A stretch of 64,000 nucleotides of DNA, from assembly GCA_041666145.1 (NCBI GenBank), contig JBAYHK010000002.1:260-64259 (forward strand), in the 5' to 3' direction. Shown here one piece after another: positions 38,749-47,448 of this stretch. Made by a program: the position numbers and the translations under genes. Origin of the DNA: Patescibacteria group bacterium. GTDB taxonomy: Bacteria; Patescibacteriota; Patescibacteriia; UBA9934. Below the pieces are notes generated by a model. It was given only the letters and a program-made list of their open reading frames with translations, searched no databases and had not been told where the DNA came from. Positions within the stretch are counted from its first letter, which is position 1. The number at the start of each line of letters is the position of its first letter.

Positions 38749-40749
38749 ATGGCAGACCAAAAGACAAGCGCAGACTATTCCGCGAAAAATATCACTGTCC
38801 TTGAAGGACTCGAGCCAGTACGAAAACGCCCTGGTATGTACATTGGCTCAACTGGGCCAACAGGGCTTCACCACATGATCTGGGAAGTCGTCGACAATTC
38901 ATTCGACGAAGCCATGGCAGGACATGCAACAACTGTCACTGTCAACTTTCTTCCAGACAACTGGATTTCTGTAGAAGACAACGGACGAGGGATTCCTGTC
39001 GACATTCACCCAGAACAAAAAATTTCTGCATTAGAGCTTGTTCTTACAAAACTTCATGCTGGAGGAAAATTCGGTGGTGATGCATCTGGATACAAAGTTT
39101 CTGGAGGCTTGCACGGCGTCGGAGTCTCTGTTGTTAACGCACTCTCTGACCATCTCAAAGCAGAAGTCTATCGCGAGGGCCAAATTTGGGAACAGGAATA
39201 CAAAAAAGGCATTCCGCAAGGAAAGGTTAAACCGAGCGGAAAGACGAAAAAACAAGGAACAAAGATCTACTTTCATCCAGACGCTTCTATCTTTGAAGCG
39301 ATCGAATTTGATTGGGATACTGTTATTGATCATCTTCGACAACAGGCGTATCTCACAGCTGGAATCCATGTTGAAATCCTCGACAAACGAACAGAAGAAT
39401 CAAATCCATACGGTTTTTATTTTGAAGGTGGAGTTGCGTCATTTGTTCGCCACTTAAATGAACGAAAAGAAATCAAGCAACCAAATGTTTTTTACGTCAA
39501 AAAACAAAGTGGAATTCTAGAAGTTGAAATTTCCCTGCAATACACCACTGAGTTCTACGAAAGCGTCCATTGCTACGCAAACAATATTGTCAATCCAGGT
39601 GGAGGAACTCATCTTGCTGGCTTCCGGGCCGCCCTAACGCGCGTACTTAATGCATACGCTAGAGATAAAGGCTATATCAAAGAAAAAGATACGAATCTTA
39701 CCGGTGACGATACCCGTGAAGGTCTAACGGCGGTCATAAGTGTTAAGCTTCCAGATCCACAATTTGAAGGACAGACAAAAGATAAGCTCGGCAATCCAGA
39801 AGCACGTACTGCAGTAGAAACAGTTTTCGGAGAAGCGCTACAAATCTTCCTGGAAGAACATCCACGCGATGCAGAAGAAATCATCGGAAAGTGTCTTCTT
39901 TCAGCTCGTGCTCGAGCAGCAGCGCGAGCAGCAAGAGACACGGTGCTTCGGAAAGGGGCATTTGAAGGAATGACCCTCCCAGGAAAACTTGCCGATTGTT
40001 CAAGTAAAGACAATAAATCAACCGAACTCTACATTGTTGAGGGAGACTCTGCAGGTGGAAGCGCAAAACAAGGACGCAACCGCGAATTTCAAGCAATTCT
40101 GCCGCTTCGAGGAAAAATCTTGAACGTTGAACGTGCACGACTCGACAAACTTCTCGCGAATAACGAAGTTAAAAATCTCGTTATCGCACTCGGCACAAAC
40201 ATTGGTGAAGCATTCGATATTACGAGCATGCGTTACGGCAGAATCATTATCATGACTGACGCCGACGTTGACGGCGCGCACATCTGTACGCTCCTTCTTA
40301 CGCTCTTCTATCGACACTTCCCCGACCTCATTACCAGCGGTCACATCTACATTGCCATGCCTCCGCTCTACCGAGTTCAGATTGGAAAACAAGTTCGCTA
40401 CGCCTTCACCGAAGAAGAGCGTGAAAAACACATCAAAGAAATGACTGGAGGAAAAGTTGATGCAGCGAAAGTCAAAGTCGGCGAAGTAGGAGAGGCCGAA
40501 CCAGAAGAAGATGTTGTAACCACTGGAATCAAAGTGAACATCCAGCGATACAAAGGTCTTGGAGAAATGAATCCGGAACAGCTCTGGGAAACTACCATGG
40601 ATCCAAAGACTCGCGTCATGAAACTCGTCACCATAGAAGACGCAGCAATCGCCGACGAAACCTTCGATGTTCTCATGGGCGCCGATGTTGCACCTCGAAA
40701 AAAGTTCATTCAGACTCACGCGAAAGACGTCAGCAACTTAGACGTTTAA
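38749..40749 (+). CDS. gyrB: DNA gyrase subunit B
   Basis: GHKL ATPase (LHHMIWEVVDNSFDEAMAGHA, GLHGVGVSVVNALS), Toprim (LYIVEGDSAGGSAK, IIIMTDADVDGAHI) and the C-terminal tail. Confidence 0.95.
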   Translation: MADQKTSADYSAKNITVLEGLEPVRKRPGMYIGSTGPTGLHHMIWEVVDNSFDEAMAGHATTVTVNFLPDNWISVEDNGRGIPVDIHPEQKISALELVLTKLHAGGKFGGDASGYKVSGGLHGVGVSVVNALSDHLKAEVYREGQIWEQEYKKGIPQGKVKPSGKTKKQGTKIYFHPDASIFEAIEFDWDTVIDHLRQQAYLTAGIHVEILDKRTEESNPYGFYFEGGVASFVRHLNERKEIKQPNVFYVKKQSGILEVEISLQYTTEFYESVHCYANNIVNPGGGTHLAGFRAALTRVLNAYARDKGYIKEKDTNLTGDDTREGLTAVISVKLPDPQFEGQTKDKLGNPEARTAVETVFGEALQIFLEEHPRDAEEIIGKCLLSARARAAARAARDTVLRKGAFEGMTLPGKLADCSSKDNKSTELYIVEGDSAGGSAKQGRNREFQAILPLRGKILNVERARLDKLLANNEVKNLVIALGTNIGEAFDITSMRYGRIIIMTDADVDGAHICTLLLTLFYRHFPDLITSGHIYIAMPPLYRVQIGKQVRYAFTEEEREKHIKEMTGGKVDAAKVKVGEVGEAEPEEDVVTTGIKVNIQRYKGLGEMNPEQLWETTMDPKTRVMKLVTIEDAAIADETFDVLMGADVAPRKKFIQTHAKDVSNLDV

Positions 40750-40757
40750 GTGCAGAA

Positions 40758-40788
40758 CGCCGGCCGAAAGGTCGGTGTTTTGTTTTTT
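40758..40788 (+). terminator. Intrinsic terminator of gyrB
   Basis: cgccggccgaaaggtcggtg hairpin followed by ttttgtttttt. Confidence 0.65.
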
Positions 40789-40896
40789 CCTTCATCTCGC
40801 CATGTCAAGTCGACTTTACGCTCAGTGATCAAAAACCCCAGCATTTTCATGAGTTGGATGTAAAGTCGACTTTACATCGTGGAAACGTGAAAAAAA
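40783..40896. repeat. Composite palindromic repeat element, copy C (paralogue of 16022-16133)
   Basis: Degenerate palindrome ATGTCAAGTCGACTTTACGC (40802-40821), core gctcagtgatcaaaaaccccagcattttcatgagttgg, perfect palindrome ATGTAAAGTCGACTTTACAT (40858-40877), and tails ttttttccttcatctcgcc / cgtggaaacgtgaaaaaaa. Relative to copy A the tails are swapped while the core keeps its orientation. Confidence 0.7.
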
Positions 40897-41060
40897 CATA
40901 TGCCACATCCTCGACAACATAATAAAACCCGTAACCGTCAACAAACGTTTTCCAGCAAAACTAAATTTCCCACAGCCAGGCAGTCCCCCTTCTCAATCCC
41001 TTCAAAGACTCCCTTCTCTCCCTCTTGCCCCTTCACCACTCTTCATGTATATTTCCCTCG

Positions 41061-41081
41061 TTCCCCGAAAGGGGTTTTTTG
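41061..41081 (+). terminator. Strong intrinsic terminator 15 nt upstream of the secE start
   Basis: CCCC GAAA GGGG TTTTTT, at the end of a ~180-nt pyrimidine-rich non-coding stretch. Confidence 0.6.
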
Positions 41082-41095
41082 ATACAATATTTTGT

Positions 41096-41305
41096 ATGCA
41101 ACGCATTTTAAACAATCCAGTCATTACGTACTTCCGCGAGGCAAAAATTGAGCTTGAAAAAGTCTCATGGCCAACGCGCAAGGACACGATCATGTATTCG
41201 ACACTCGTCTTCGCACTTAGCGTTGGCACAGCAATTGTGACTGGAGCGCTTGACTTCGGACTTTCCAAAGGTCTTGAAAAGATTGTTTCACTCATTTCCG
41301 CGTAA
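41096..41305 (+). CDS. secE: Preprotein translocase subunit SecE
   Basis: MQRILNNPVITYFREAKIELEKVSWPTRKDTIMYSTLVFALSVGTAIVTGALDFGL, the SecE KVxWP motif plus a single TM. Directly upstream of nusG. Confidence 0.8.
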   Translation: MQRILNNPVITYFREAKIELEKVSWPTRKDTIMYSTLVFALSVGTAIVTGALDFGLSKGLEKIVSLISA

Positions 41306-41318
41306 TCCATTGCTCTTT

Positions 41319-41864
41319 ATGGCAAAGCAAACCGCCAATTACGGCCGACGCTGGTACGTTATTCATACATACTCTGGTTATGAAGAAAGCGTCGTCGATG
41401 CACTCACACAACGCATCGCAACCATGGACATGGAAGAAAAAATCTTCGGAGTCTTGGTGCCAAAAGAAAAAAAGATAAAAATCAAAAATGGCGCTCGGAA
41501 AGTTATCGAAGAAAAAATCTTTCCTGGATATGTCCTTGTTGAGATGATCGTGACCGACGACTCTTGGTACGTCGTTCGCAATACACCAAACGTCACAGGA
41601 TTCATTGGAACCGGGAATACGCCAACCCCTATCCCTCAGGAACAGGTTGATACACTCATGAAACGCGTTGGAGTATCAGAACCAGAATTCAAACTCGACG
41701 TGAGTAAGGGTGCGCTCGTCTCTATTACCGACGGTCCTTTCAAAGGCCAACAAGGCAAAGTGGATGACATTGACGAAAGCCGCGGCAAAGTCAAAGTCAT
41801 GGTTTCCATGTTCGGCCGCGAAACCCCTCTTGAACTCGACTTCTTACAGATTAAGAAAGTGTAA
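41319..41864 (+). CDS. nusG: Transcription termination/antitermination factor NusG
   Basis: NGN domain (RWYVIHTYSGYEESV, FPGYVLVEM) and KOW (GPFKGQQGKVDDIDESRGKVKVMVSMFGRETPLELDF). Confidence 0.9.
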   Translation: MAKQTANYGRRWYVIHTYSGYEESVVDALTQRIATMDMEEKIFGVLVPKEKKIKIKNGARKVIEEKIFPGYVLVEMIVTDDSWYVVRNTPNVTGFIGTGNTPTPIPQEQVDTLMKRVGVSEPEFKLDVSKGALVSITDGPFKGQQGKVDDIDESRGKVKVMVSMFGRETPLELDFLQIKKV

Positions 41865-41870
41865 AATTCC

Positions 41871-41896
41871 GCCCCGAGAGATCGGGGCAGTTTTTA
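41871..41896 (+). terminator. Intrinsic terminator after nusG
   Basis: gCCCCGAgagaTCGGGGcag TTTTT. Confidence 0.7.
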
Positions 41897-42009
41897 TTGA
41901 CTAATTCCGCCAATCCTGGCACACTTTCGCCACTAAATAACGATGTGGTCGCTTGGGTAAACTCCCAGGAATCCACTGTAAATAATCTTAGAAACTTGTT
42001 TATTTGCAA

Positions 42010-42094
42010 CCAGTTTCAATGAAGGGCGAAGAAAGCTTCTGAAACGTACTCAACGTACGATGAAGAAGTTTCCAATGACCTGAACCGAAAATGG
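42010..42094 (+). promoter_or_regulatory. Conserved ~90-nt 5' leader block, copy 2 (upstream of rplK)
   Basis: ccagtttcaatgaagggcgaagaaagcttctgaaacgtactcaacgtacgatgaagaagtttccaatgacctgaaccgaaaatgg. See copy 1 at 31879-31965. Confidence 0.5.
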
Positions 42095-42121
42095 GCCAAA
42101 GAACCAAGTTTCGACTGTCGT

Positions 42122-42547
42122 ATGGCCAAAAAAATCAAGGCCGTGATCAAGGTACAGTCCATTGGCGGACGGGCAACACCAGCGCCACCTCTCGGACCAG
42201 CACTCGGTGCGCAGGGCGTGAACATTCAGCAATTTGTGCTTGAATTCAATGCCGCAACACAGGATAGAATGGGAGAAACTGTTCCAGCGATCATCACAAT
42301 TTACGAAGATCGAACATTCAGTTTCATCTTAAAAACTGCTCCGGCATCTGACTTAGTAAAAAAGGAAGCTGGAATTACTGCAGGATCTGGCAAACCACTA
42401 ACTGAAAAAGTCGGAAAAATCACCAGAGCACAATTACAAAAGATTGCGGAAAAGAAAATGCCAGACTTGAACACGAAAGATGTTGAAGCAGCAATGCGCA
42501 TCATCGCTGGTACGTGCCGTCAGATGGGAGTCGATATTGTTGGCTAA
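42122..42547 (+). CDS. rplK: 50S ribosomal protein L11
   Basis: [38 protein letters not shown] is the canonical L11 N-terminus. Confidence 0.95.
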   Translation: MAKKIKAVIKVQSIGGRATPAPPLGPALGAQGVNIQQFVLEFNAATQDRMGETVPAIITIYEDRTFSFILKTAPASDLVKKEAGITAGSGKPLTEKVGKITRAQLQKIAEKKMPDLNTKDVEAAMRIIAGTCRQMGVDIVG

Positions 42548-42587
42548 GTGTTATCCTGACGAGTGAAGAATCCTTAATCATTGTTCT

Positions 42588-43010
42588 ATGACCAAGGGAA
42601 GCTCGCTCATTCTCCGAATCTATTTCGGGCTGGTAAGCGCAGTCACACTCTTTACTCTCATGTTTGGCACAATTGACTTTTTAAGCACAGGACTGAAAAC
42701 GTACATCTTCACCGCGGCAGATGTTCCAGCATACGGACTCATCAACTGCGATTCGCCAGATGCAAAATATCAATACGGAACCATTACTGTCCCAACTCTA
42801 GAACCAGCAGGGTCGACGACAAAAGAGCTGAGCACTGAAGAGACGAAGGCTCGATGCGAAGCGTCAAACACAACAATGTCAGAAAATTATCATCGAGAGA
42901 AAGCGCAAACAGCAGTTCGCAATCTCGCGCTCATCATCGTCTCACTTCCTCTCTTCGCCCTTCACTTCCGCATTGTTTACCGAGACTGGAAAAGTGACAA
43001 AACTTCATAA
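42588..43010 (+). CDS. Hypothetical two-TM membrane protein (140 aa) inserted between rplK and rplA
   Basis: Hydrophobic helices near the N-terminus (SLILRIYFGLVSAVTLFTLMFGTI) and C-terminus (LALIIVSLPLFALHF) with a hydrophilic loop between. No family recognised. Confidence 0.5.
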   Translation: MTKGSSLILRIYFGLVSAVTLFTLMFGTIDFLSTGLKTYIFTAADVPAYGLINCDSPDAKYQYGTITVPTLEPAGSTTKELSTEETKARCEASNTTMSENYHREKAQTAVRNLALIIVSLPLFALHFRIVYRDWKSDKTS

Positions 43011-43058
43011 TCATCCCCATTCGTGGGAGGCCACTCGGCCGTAAATACCACCAAATCT

Positions 43059-43745
43059 ATGACAGGAAAGCGCATGACTGCGGCAACGCAAACTATCGAC
43101 AAGAAAAAGATCTACACCGTTGAGGAAGGAATCGTGCTCATGAAGGGCGCAGCAAAGGCAAAGTTCGACGAAACTGTCGAGCTCCACTTCGCCCTTGGTG
43201 TGGATCCGAAGCAAGGAGACCAGCAGATCCGTGGAACGGTCACCATGCCGCACGGCACAGGAAAAACGAAGCGCGTTATTGCATTCGTTGACGCAAATAA
43301 TGAGGCTGCGGCAAAAGAAGCTGGCGCAGACATTATCGGTACTGAAGAGATTTTGGAAGCTATTGTCCGAACTGGAAAAATTGACTTCGACGTTGCCGTC
43401 GCCGTACCTGCAATGATGCCAAAGCTTGCAAAAGCAGCGAAAGTTCTTGGACCACGCGGTTTAATGCCAAACCCAAAAACAGACACCGTCGGACCAAACA
43501 TTGCAAAAATGATTGAAGAACAAAAAGGCGGAAAGATTTCTTTCAAGAATGACAACACCGCAAATGTTCACTTGATCGTTGGAAAGGCATCATTCGCCCC
43601 AGAGAAGCTTGTTGCAAACGTTAAAGTAGCATTCGAAGCTATCCGCAAAGTAAAACCAGCATCGTCAAAAGGAATCTACATGAAGTCCGCAGTACTCACT
43701 TCCACAATGGGACCAGCAATTCGTCTAGACGTTAACGAGGTGTAA
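43059..43745 (+). CDS. rplA: 50S ribosomal protein L1
   Basis: Start refined to MTGKRM. VELHFALGVDPKQGDQQIRGTVTMPHGTGK and the rest are canonical L1. Confidence 0.9.
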   Translation: MTGKRMTAATQTIDKKKIYTVEEGIVLMKGAAKAKFDETVELHFALGVDPKQGDQQIRGTVTMPHGTGKTKRVIAFVDANNEAAAKEAGADIIGTEEILEAIVRTGKIDFDVAVAVPAMMPKLAKAAKVLGPRGLMPNPKTDTVGPNIAKMIEEQKGGKISFKNDNTANVHLIVGKASFAPEKLVANVKVAFEAIRKVKPASSKGIYMKSAVLTSTMGPAIRLDVNEV

Positions 43746-43763
43746 ACGAAACAAACTCTAGCA

Positions 43764-43792
43764 AAAACCTCTCCATCTGGAGAGGTTTTTGG
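43764..43792 (+). terminator. Intrinsic terminator after rplA
   Basis: aaCCTCTCCAtctGGAGAGGtt TTT. Confidence 0.65.
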
Positions 43793-43845
43793 TTGTCCAC
43801 ATTGCAGATATTCCCTCACTGCATAAGCAGATAAGATGGCACCAT

Positions 43846-44436
43846 ATGTCGTCACCCTATCACGATCCATTCGGCCCAGGATCTAACGTTGTAAAACGGT
43901 TCGTTCCTGATCAATCCAAGCTCAGAACATTAGTCGAAAGCCTCAAAGCTCTTGGAATGCGAGTTGTGCTCACTCAAGGCGTCTATGACCTTATTCATGA
44001 AGGTCATGCTGCATATCTTGAGAAGGCACGATCATACGGAGACATCCTCATTGTCGGGATCGACTCTGATGAACTCACCAAAATCCGCAAAGGCCCAAGA
44101 CGTCCAATCGTGCCACAGGGAGAACGCGTCAACATGCTGCTTCATCTTCGCCATGTCGATCTTGTCACCATCAAAGAGGCAAAAGATGGGATTGGTGACC
44201 TTATCGAGATTGTTCGCCCTGACGTTATGGTCTTTTCCTCGTCAACAAAAGAAGTCACTCCTGAAGAAATAAAAGGCTACGAACAGTATTGTGGAGAAAT
44301 CGTCGTTCTTCCGCCACAAGCAACCACCACAACAACTGCACGAGTTCGAAACCTGACCATCGAAGGGGCAGAAAGGCTTGCGCAAGAAGTAAATGAACTT
44401 ATTACGAAGTTCCTTGATCAGATCAAGAATACATAG
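43846..44436 (+). CDS. HIGH-motif nucleotidyltransferase (cytidylyl/adenylyl-transferase family; RfaE-domain-II / TagD-like)
   Basis: MRVVLTQGVYDLIHEGHAAYL carries the HxGH signature. ~196 aa from MSSPYHD. The ORF-track ORF begins at an upstream TTG. Confidence 0.5.
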   Translation: MSSPYHDPFGPGSNVVKRFVPDQSKLRTLVESLKALGMRVVLTQGVYDLIHEGHAAYLEKARSYGDILIVGIDSDELTKIRKGPRRPIVPQGERVNMLLHLRHVDLVTIKEAKDGIGDLIEIVRPDVMVFSSSTKEVTPEEIKGYEQYCGEIVVLPPQATTTTTARVRNLTIEGAERLAQEVNELITKFLDQIKNT

Positions 44437-44439
44437 TCT

Positions 44440-45270
44440 ATGCTCGTCGCGTTTGTTCCAGTTTTGCATAAAGGCTATGTTGAACTTTTTCAAAAATACC
44501 CAGACGAACTGGGCATTTTAGGATCTGATGTTCTTGCAGACTTCACCGCATTAACTCGAGATTGTCGAACAATAAACCCAGGAATCGTAAAGCGAGCAAT
44601 CGAAGGACTTGGTATTTTCTCGAACATACAAGTTCTTGCAAAGGCCGACCTCGTTGAACTCGCAAAGCAAACGAAACACATCATCATGCCGGATGAAGAC
44701 GTATCACATGCCCTTTGTGAACAATATGGACTCTCCAACGTTACATTCGAATCCGTCTTCCTACGCTGGAACAAGATGCCAACATTACAAGAGAACATCA
44801 TTTCGCCAAACCGCGTCATCCTCCGAGATGAATTCTCACGATCGATGATGAACCTAGCAATCCAAGAATCTGAAAAAAGTGCTGACTGGTGGAGACAAGT
44901 TGCGACCGCAATCGTAAAAGATGGATCTGTAATCGGGCTAACGCACAATACTCATCTTCCAACCGATTTTCACCTCTCCGTGAACGGCGATCCAAGAACA
45001 AGCTTCAATGCCGGTGAACGAATCGATCTTTCTACATCTATACATTCGGAAGCTCTCGTCATTGCACGAAGCGCAAAAGCCGGCATATCGCTTGCAGGAT
45101 CTGAAGCCTACGTCACGACATTTCCGTGTCCGAATTGTGCACGACTTCTTGCAGAATCCGGCATTAAACGTGTCTATTATTCAAAAGGATATTCGCTACT
45201 CGATGCCGAAGACATTTTCAAAGCCTATGGAATAGAAGTCGCACTCGTCGATCTTGGTCCCCTATCCTAA
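44440..45270 (+). CDS. Two-domain protein: unknown N-terminal domain (~170 aa) fused to a dCMP/cytidine deaminase zinc-binding domain
   Basis: C-terminal HSEALVIARSAKAGISLAGSEAYVTTFPCPNCARLLAESGIKRVYY shows the H-x-E and PCxxC of the dCMP deaminase (ComEB-like) fold. The N-terminal half is not recognised. Confidence 0.6.
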   Translation: MLVAFVPVLHKGYVELFQKYPDELGILGSDVLADFTALTRDCRTINPGIVKRAIEGLGIFSNIQVLAKADLVELAKQTKHIIMPDEDVSHALCEQYGLSNVTFESVFLRWNKMPTLQENIISPNRVILRDEFSRSMMNLAIQESEKSADWWRQVATAIVKDGSVIGLTHNTHLPTDFHLSVNGDPRTSFNAGERIDLSTSIHSEALVIARSAKAGISLAGSEAYVTTFPCPNCARLLAESGIKRVYYSKGYSLLDAEDIFKAYGIEVALVDLGPLS

Positions 45271-45705
45271 TCGAGTAAAAATTCCGGTTTTTGAATCGTA
45301 CGCTGGGTCATCTGGATTTGACTGGAGAAGTTGGCAATGTAAATGAGAAACTGAAGCTCCAGTAAACCGAGCGTCTCCAAAACGCATAAAAAATGACCCT
45401 CCGATGATATGCAATTTCTCTGTTTGTTCTTGAACAATCTCTCCAAGCTCTTTCCATGCTTCTGCTGAAATCTCAGAAAAATGCTGGATGTGCGTTCTAT
45501 AAATGAAGAGCTTATTGTGTTTTGATGGCCTATACGGGTACTGGTTGTCTGTCACAATCCAAAATTCTCGCTCTTCAATAGGATTCTTGTGAAATTCCGC
45601 AAGATGCTCTGGGCAAAAAGGACAAAGATTTTTCTTCGCAATATCCGCAATCACTTTGTCATAAACTCCTGGTCTTGCATTTTGTTGACTAACAAACGTG
45701 CTCAT
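45262..45705 (-). CDS. HIT-superfamily protein with a GalT-like HxHxQ motif and CxxC zinc site
   Basis: CPFCPEH near the N-terminus and SHLHCQLL (H-x-H-x-Q) near the C-terminus. 147 aa, single HIT-like domain. Confidence 0.45.
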   Translation of the reverse strand: MSTFVSQQNARPGVYDKVIADIAKKNLCPFCPEHLAEFHKNPIEEREFWIVTDNQYPYRPSKHNKLFIYRTHIQHFSEISAEAWKELGEIVQEQTEKLHIIGGSFFMRFGDARFTGASVSHLHCQLLQSNPDDPAYDSKTGIFTRLG

Positions 45706-47102
45706 ACTGGCGTTGGAATTACCATAGCTTCATGAGGTTCGTAATCTGCGACAGTGAAATGCTCCGGCTTGAAATCAAGAAGGTCGGTGACTGTCGAATC
45801 AAGATACATTGTTGGGAAAGCCCGAGGTTCTCGTTCAAGAAGCTGCTTCACATGGTCAAACTGACTCTCATAAATGTGCGCATCGGAAACCGTGTACACG
45901 AGCTCCTTTGGAGTATATCCCGTTGCTTGCGCAATCATCATTGTAAACGCCGCATACTGAATCATGTTAAACACCACACCAACCGGAATGTCGCCGCTAC
46001 GCTGAAAATGATGAACAGAAAGCTGCTTCGTCTCTGGAAATACAAGAATATGCAGATATCCATGGCACGGAGCAACGACAACTTTTCGTGGCGACAATCC
46101 AGAATGTTGAATAGTGTATTGCGGAATCCAAGGCGAAATAATGTGCGTACGCAAATTTGGACGCTCTTTAATCTGTTTTACGACGTGTTCAATTTGATTA
46201 AAAGGTTCACCCTCCGATGTTGGAAATGCGGTCCATGCTGGACCATATGATCCTGGACCAAGGTCTCCTTCTGGCAATCCAAAAATATCGCAACGCTCCT
46301 TTGTTACCCACTTCTTCCACCACGCACAACCAAACGTCTTCAACTCCTCGTGAGTTCGCGCACCATGCAGAAACCCAAAATGCTCACCAAGCGCACCGGT
46401 CATAAATCGACCAGAAAGATCACGCTCGGTAACCATCGGAAATCCGTTTGCCAAGTCAAAATGCATCTGCGCACCAAGAATCATTCGCGATCCCTCACCT
46501 TGAATTGGCTTCACATCAACGCCTTCTTCCAAAATCTTCTTCAAAAGATTGTGATACTGCCAATCAATAGTTCTCTCACTCACCGGCTTCATAAATGATC
46601 GCTGTACCTTGTAATGAAGCAACACGCTTCGCGCATTCAACTTTCTTGTCTCTACGAGCTCAAGATTCACTCGAGCAAACTTGTCACCCAGCGGAACACC
46701 ATGCCCAAACAAGAATGGTTCGAGCGTCAAAAAGATCTCATCAACAAGTCCGGCCTCTAAAAACTGTCCGTATACAGAAGCGCCTCCCCCGATTGCCAAC
46801 GTCTCAACTCCCTCAACCGATAACCGCTTCGCAAGATCAGCTGGCAACTCATTCGTATATTCAATCCCTTCGATTGGTGTTGCTACGGATGGATCCTTTG
46901 TCAGCACAATCACCCGTCGATCCTTTAATGGCTTCCCGATAGTCGCAAATGTGGTTCTCCCCATAACCACAACTCCTGCTTCTTTGGTCTTTTCAACAAA
47001 GAACTGAGTATCTTCCGAACTTGTCCAATCAAGCGACGACTGATTCACTCGTTCTGCGATTTTCCCATCTGCCGACATAGCGGCAATAAGCCAGATTTTC
47101 AT
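45702..47102 (-). CDS. thyA: Bifunctional dihydrofolate reductase - thymidylate synthase (DHFR-like N-domain fused to ThyA)
   Basis: N-domain: IWLIAAMSADGKIA, VVVMGRTTFATIGKPLKDRRVIVLTKD, IGGGASVYGQFL (DHFR/RibD_C-like). C-domain: GFPMVTERDLS, DLGPGSYGPAWTAFPT, VVAPCHGYLHILVF (catalytic Cys), FNMIQYAAFTMMIAQ, DAHIYESQ, REPRAFP, the ThyA blocks. Start placed at MKIWLIAAM. The longer ORF to 47228 is possible. Confidence 0.8.
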   Translation of the reverse strand: MKIWLIAAMSADGKIAERVNQSSLDWTSSEDTQFFVEKTKEAGVVVMGRTTFATIGKPLKDRRVIVLTKDPSVATPIEGIEYTNELPADLAKRLSVEGVETLAIGGGASVYGQFLEAGLVDEIFLTLEPFLFGHGVPLGDKFARVNLELVETRKLNARSVLLHYKVQRSFMKPVSERTIDWQYHNLLKKILEEGVDVKPIQGEGSRMILGAQMHFDLANGFPMVTERDLSGRFMTGALGEHFGFLHGARTHEELKTFGCAWWKKWVTKERCDIFGLPEGDLGPGSYGPAWTAFPTSEGEPFNQIEHVVKQIKERPNLRTHIISPWIPQYTIQHSGLSPRKVVVAPCHGYLHILVFPETKQLSVHHFQRSGDIPVGVVFNMIQYAAFTMMIAQATGYTPKELVYTVSDAHIYESQFDHVKQLLEREPRAFPTMYLDSTVTDLLDFKPEHFTVADYEPHEAMVIPTPV

Positions 47103-47403
47103 AGATGCATTGAGGGTGCCAGCCATAGCCGAGTGGGTCAACAAACCTTTGTGGATAGGAAAGAATATTGAAAACCAATCATTTCGCTGATAATATTCTC
47201 TTACGATGTAGGCAATTCCAATCCTCAAAAAGGAAGGTGTCTATGCGAAGATCATCTTTCCAGCTAAATCTGAAAACTTCTCAAGCGATATACCCGGAGA
47301 ATTGGGGCTGGCCGAATGGAAGAAAAAAGAAAAACTCAACTTGAACTCACAAGAAACTCTACGAGCGCGCCGAAGAACCCATGAGTCATTGGCGCGTTTT
47401 ATA

Positions 47404-47448
47404 TTTCAAAAAAACACTCACGCGGCCAGGCATGGCAACCGCGTGAGT
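47404..47448 (-). terminator. Strong minus-strand intrinsic terminator inside the long DHFR-TS / dut intergenic region
   Basis: On the minus strand CACTCACGCGG ttgccatgcctgg CCGCGTGAGTG (11-bp perfect stem) is followed by TTTTTTTGAAATATAAAA. Confidence 0.6.

Noticed and set aside
40900-41082. 60-aa plus-strand ORF (MPHPRQHNKTRNRQQ...) before secE
   Set aside because: Pro/Ser-rich low-complexity translation of a CU-rich tract with no RBS. It is more likely non-coding.
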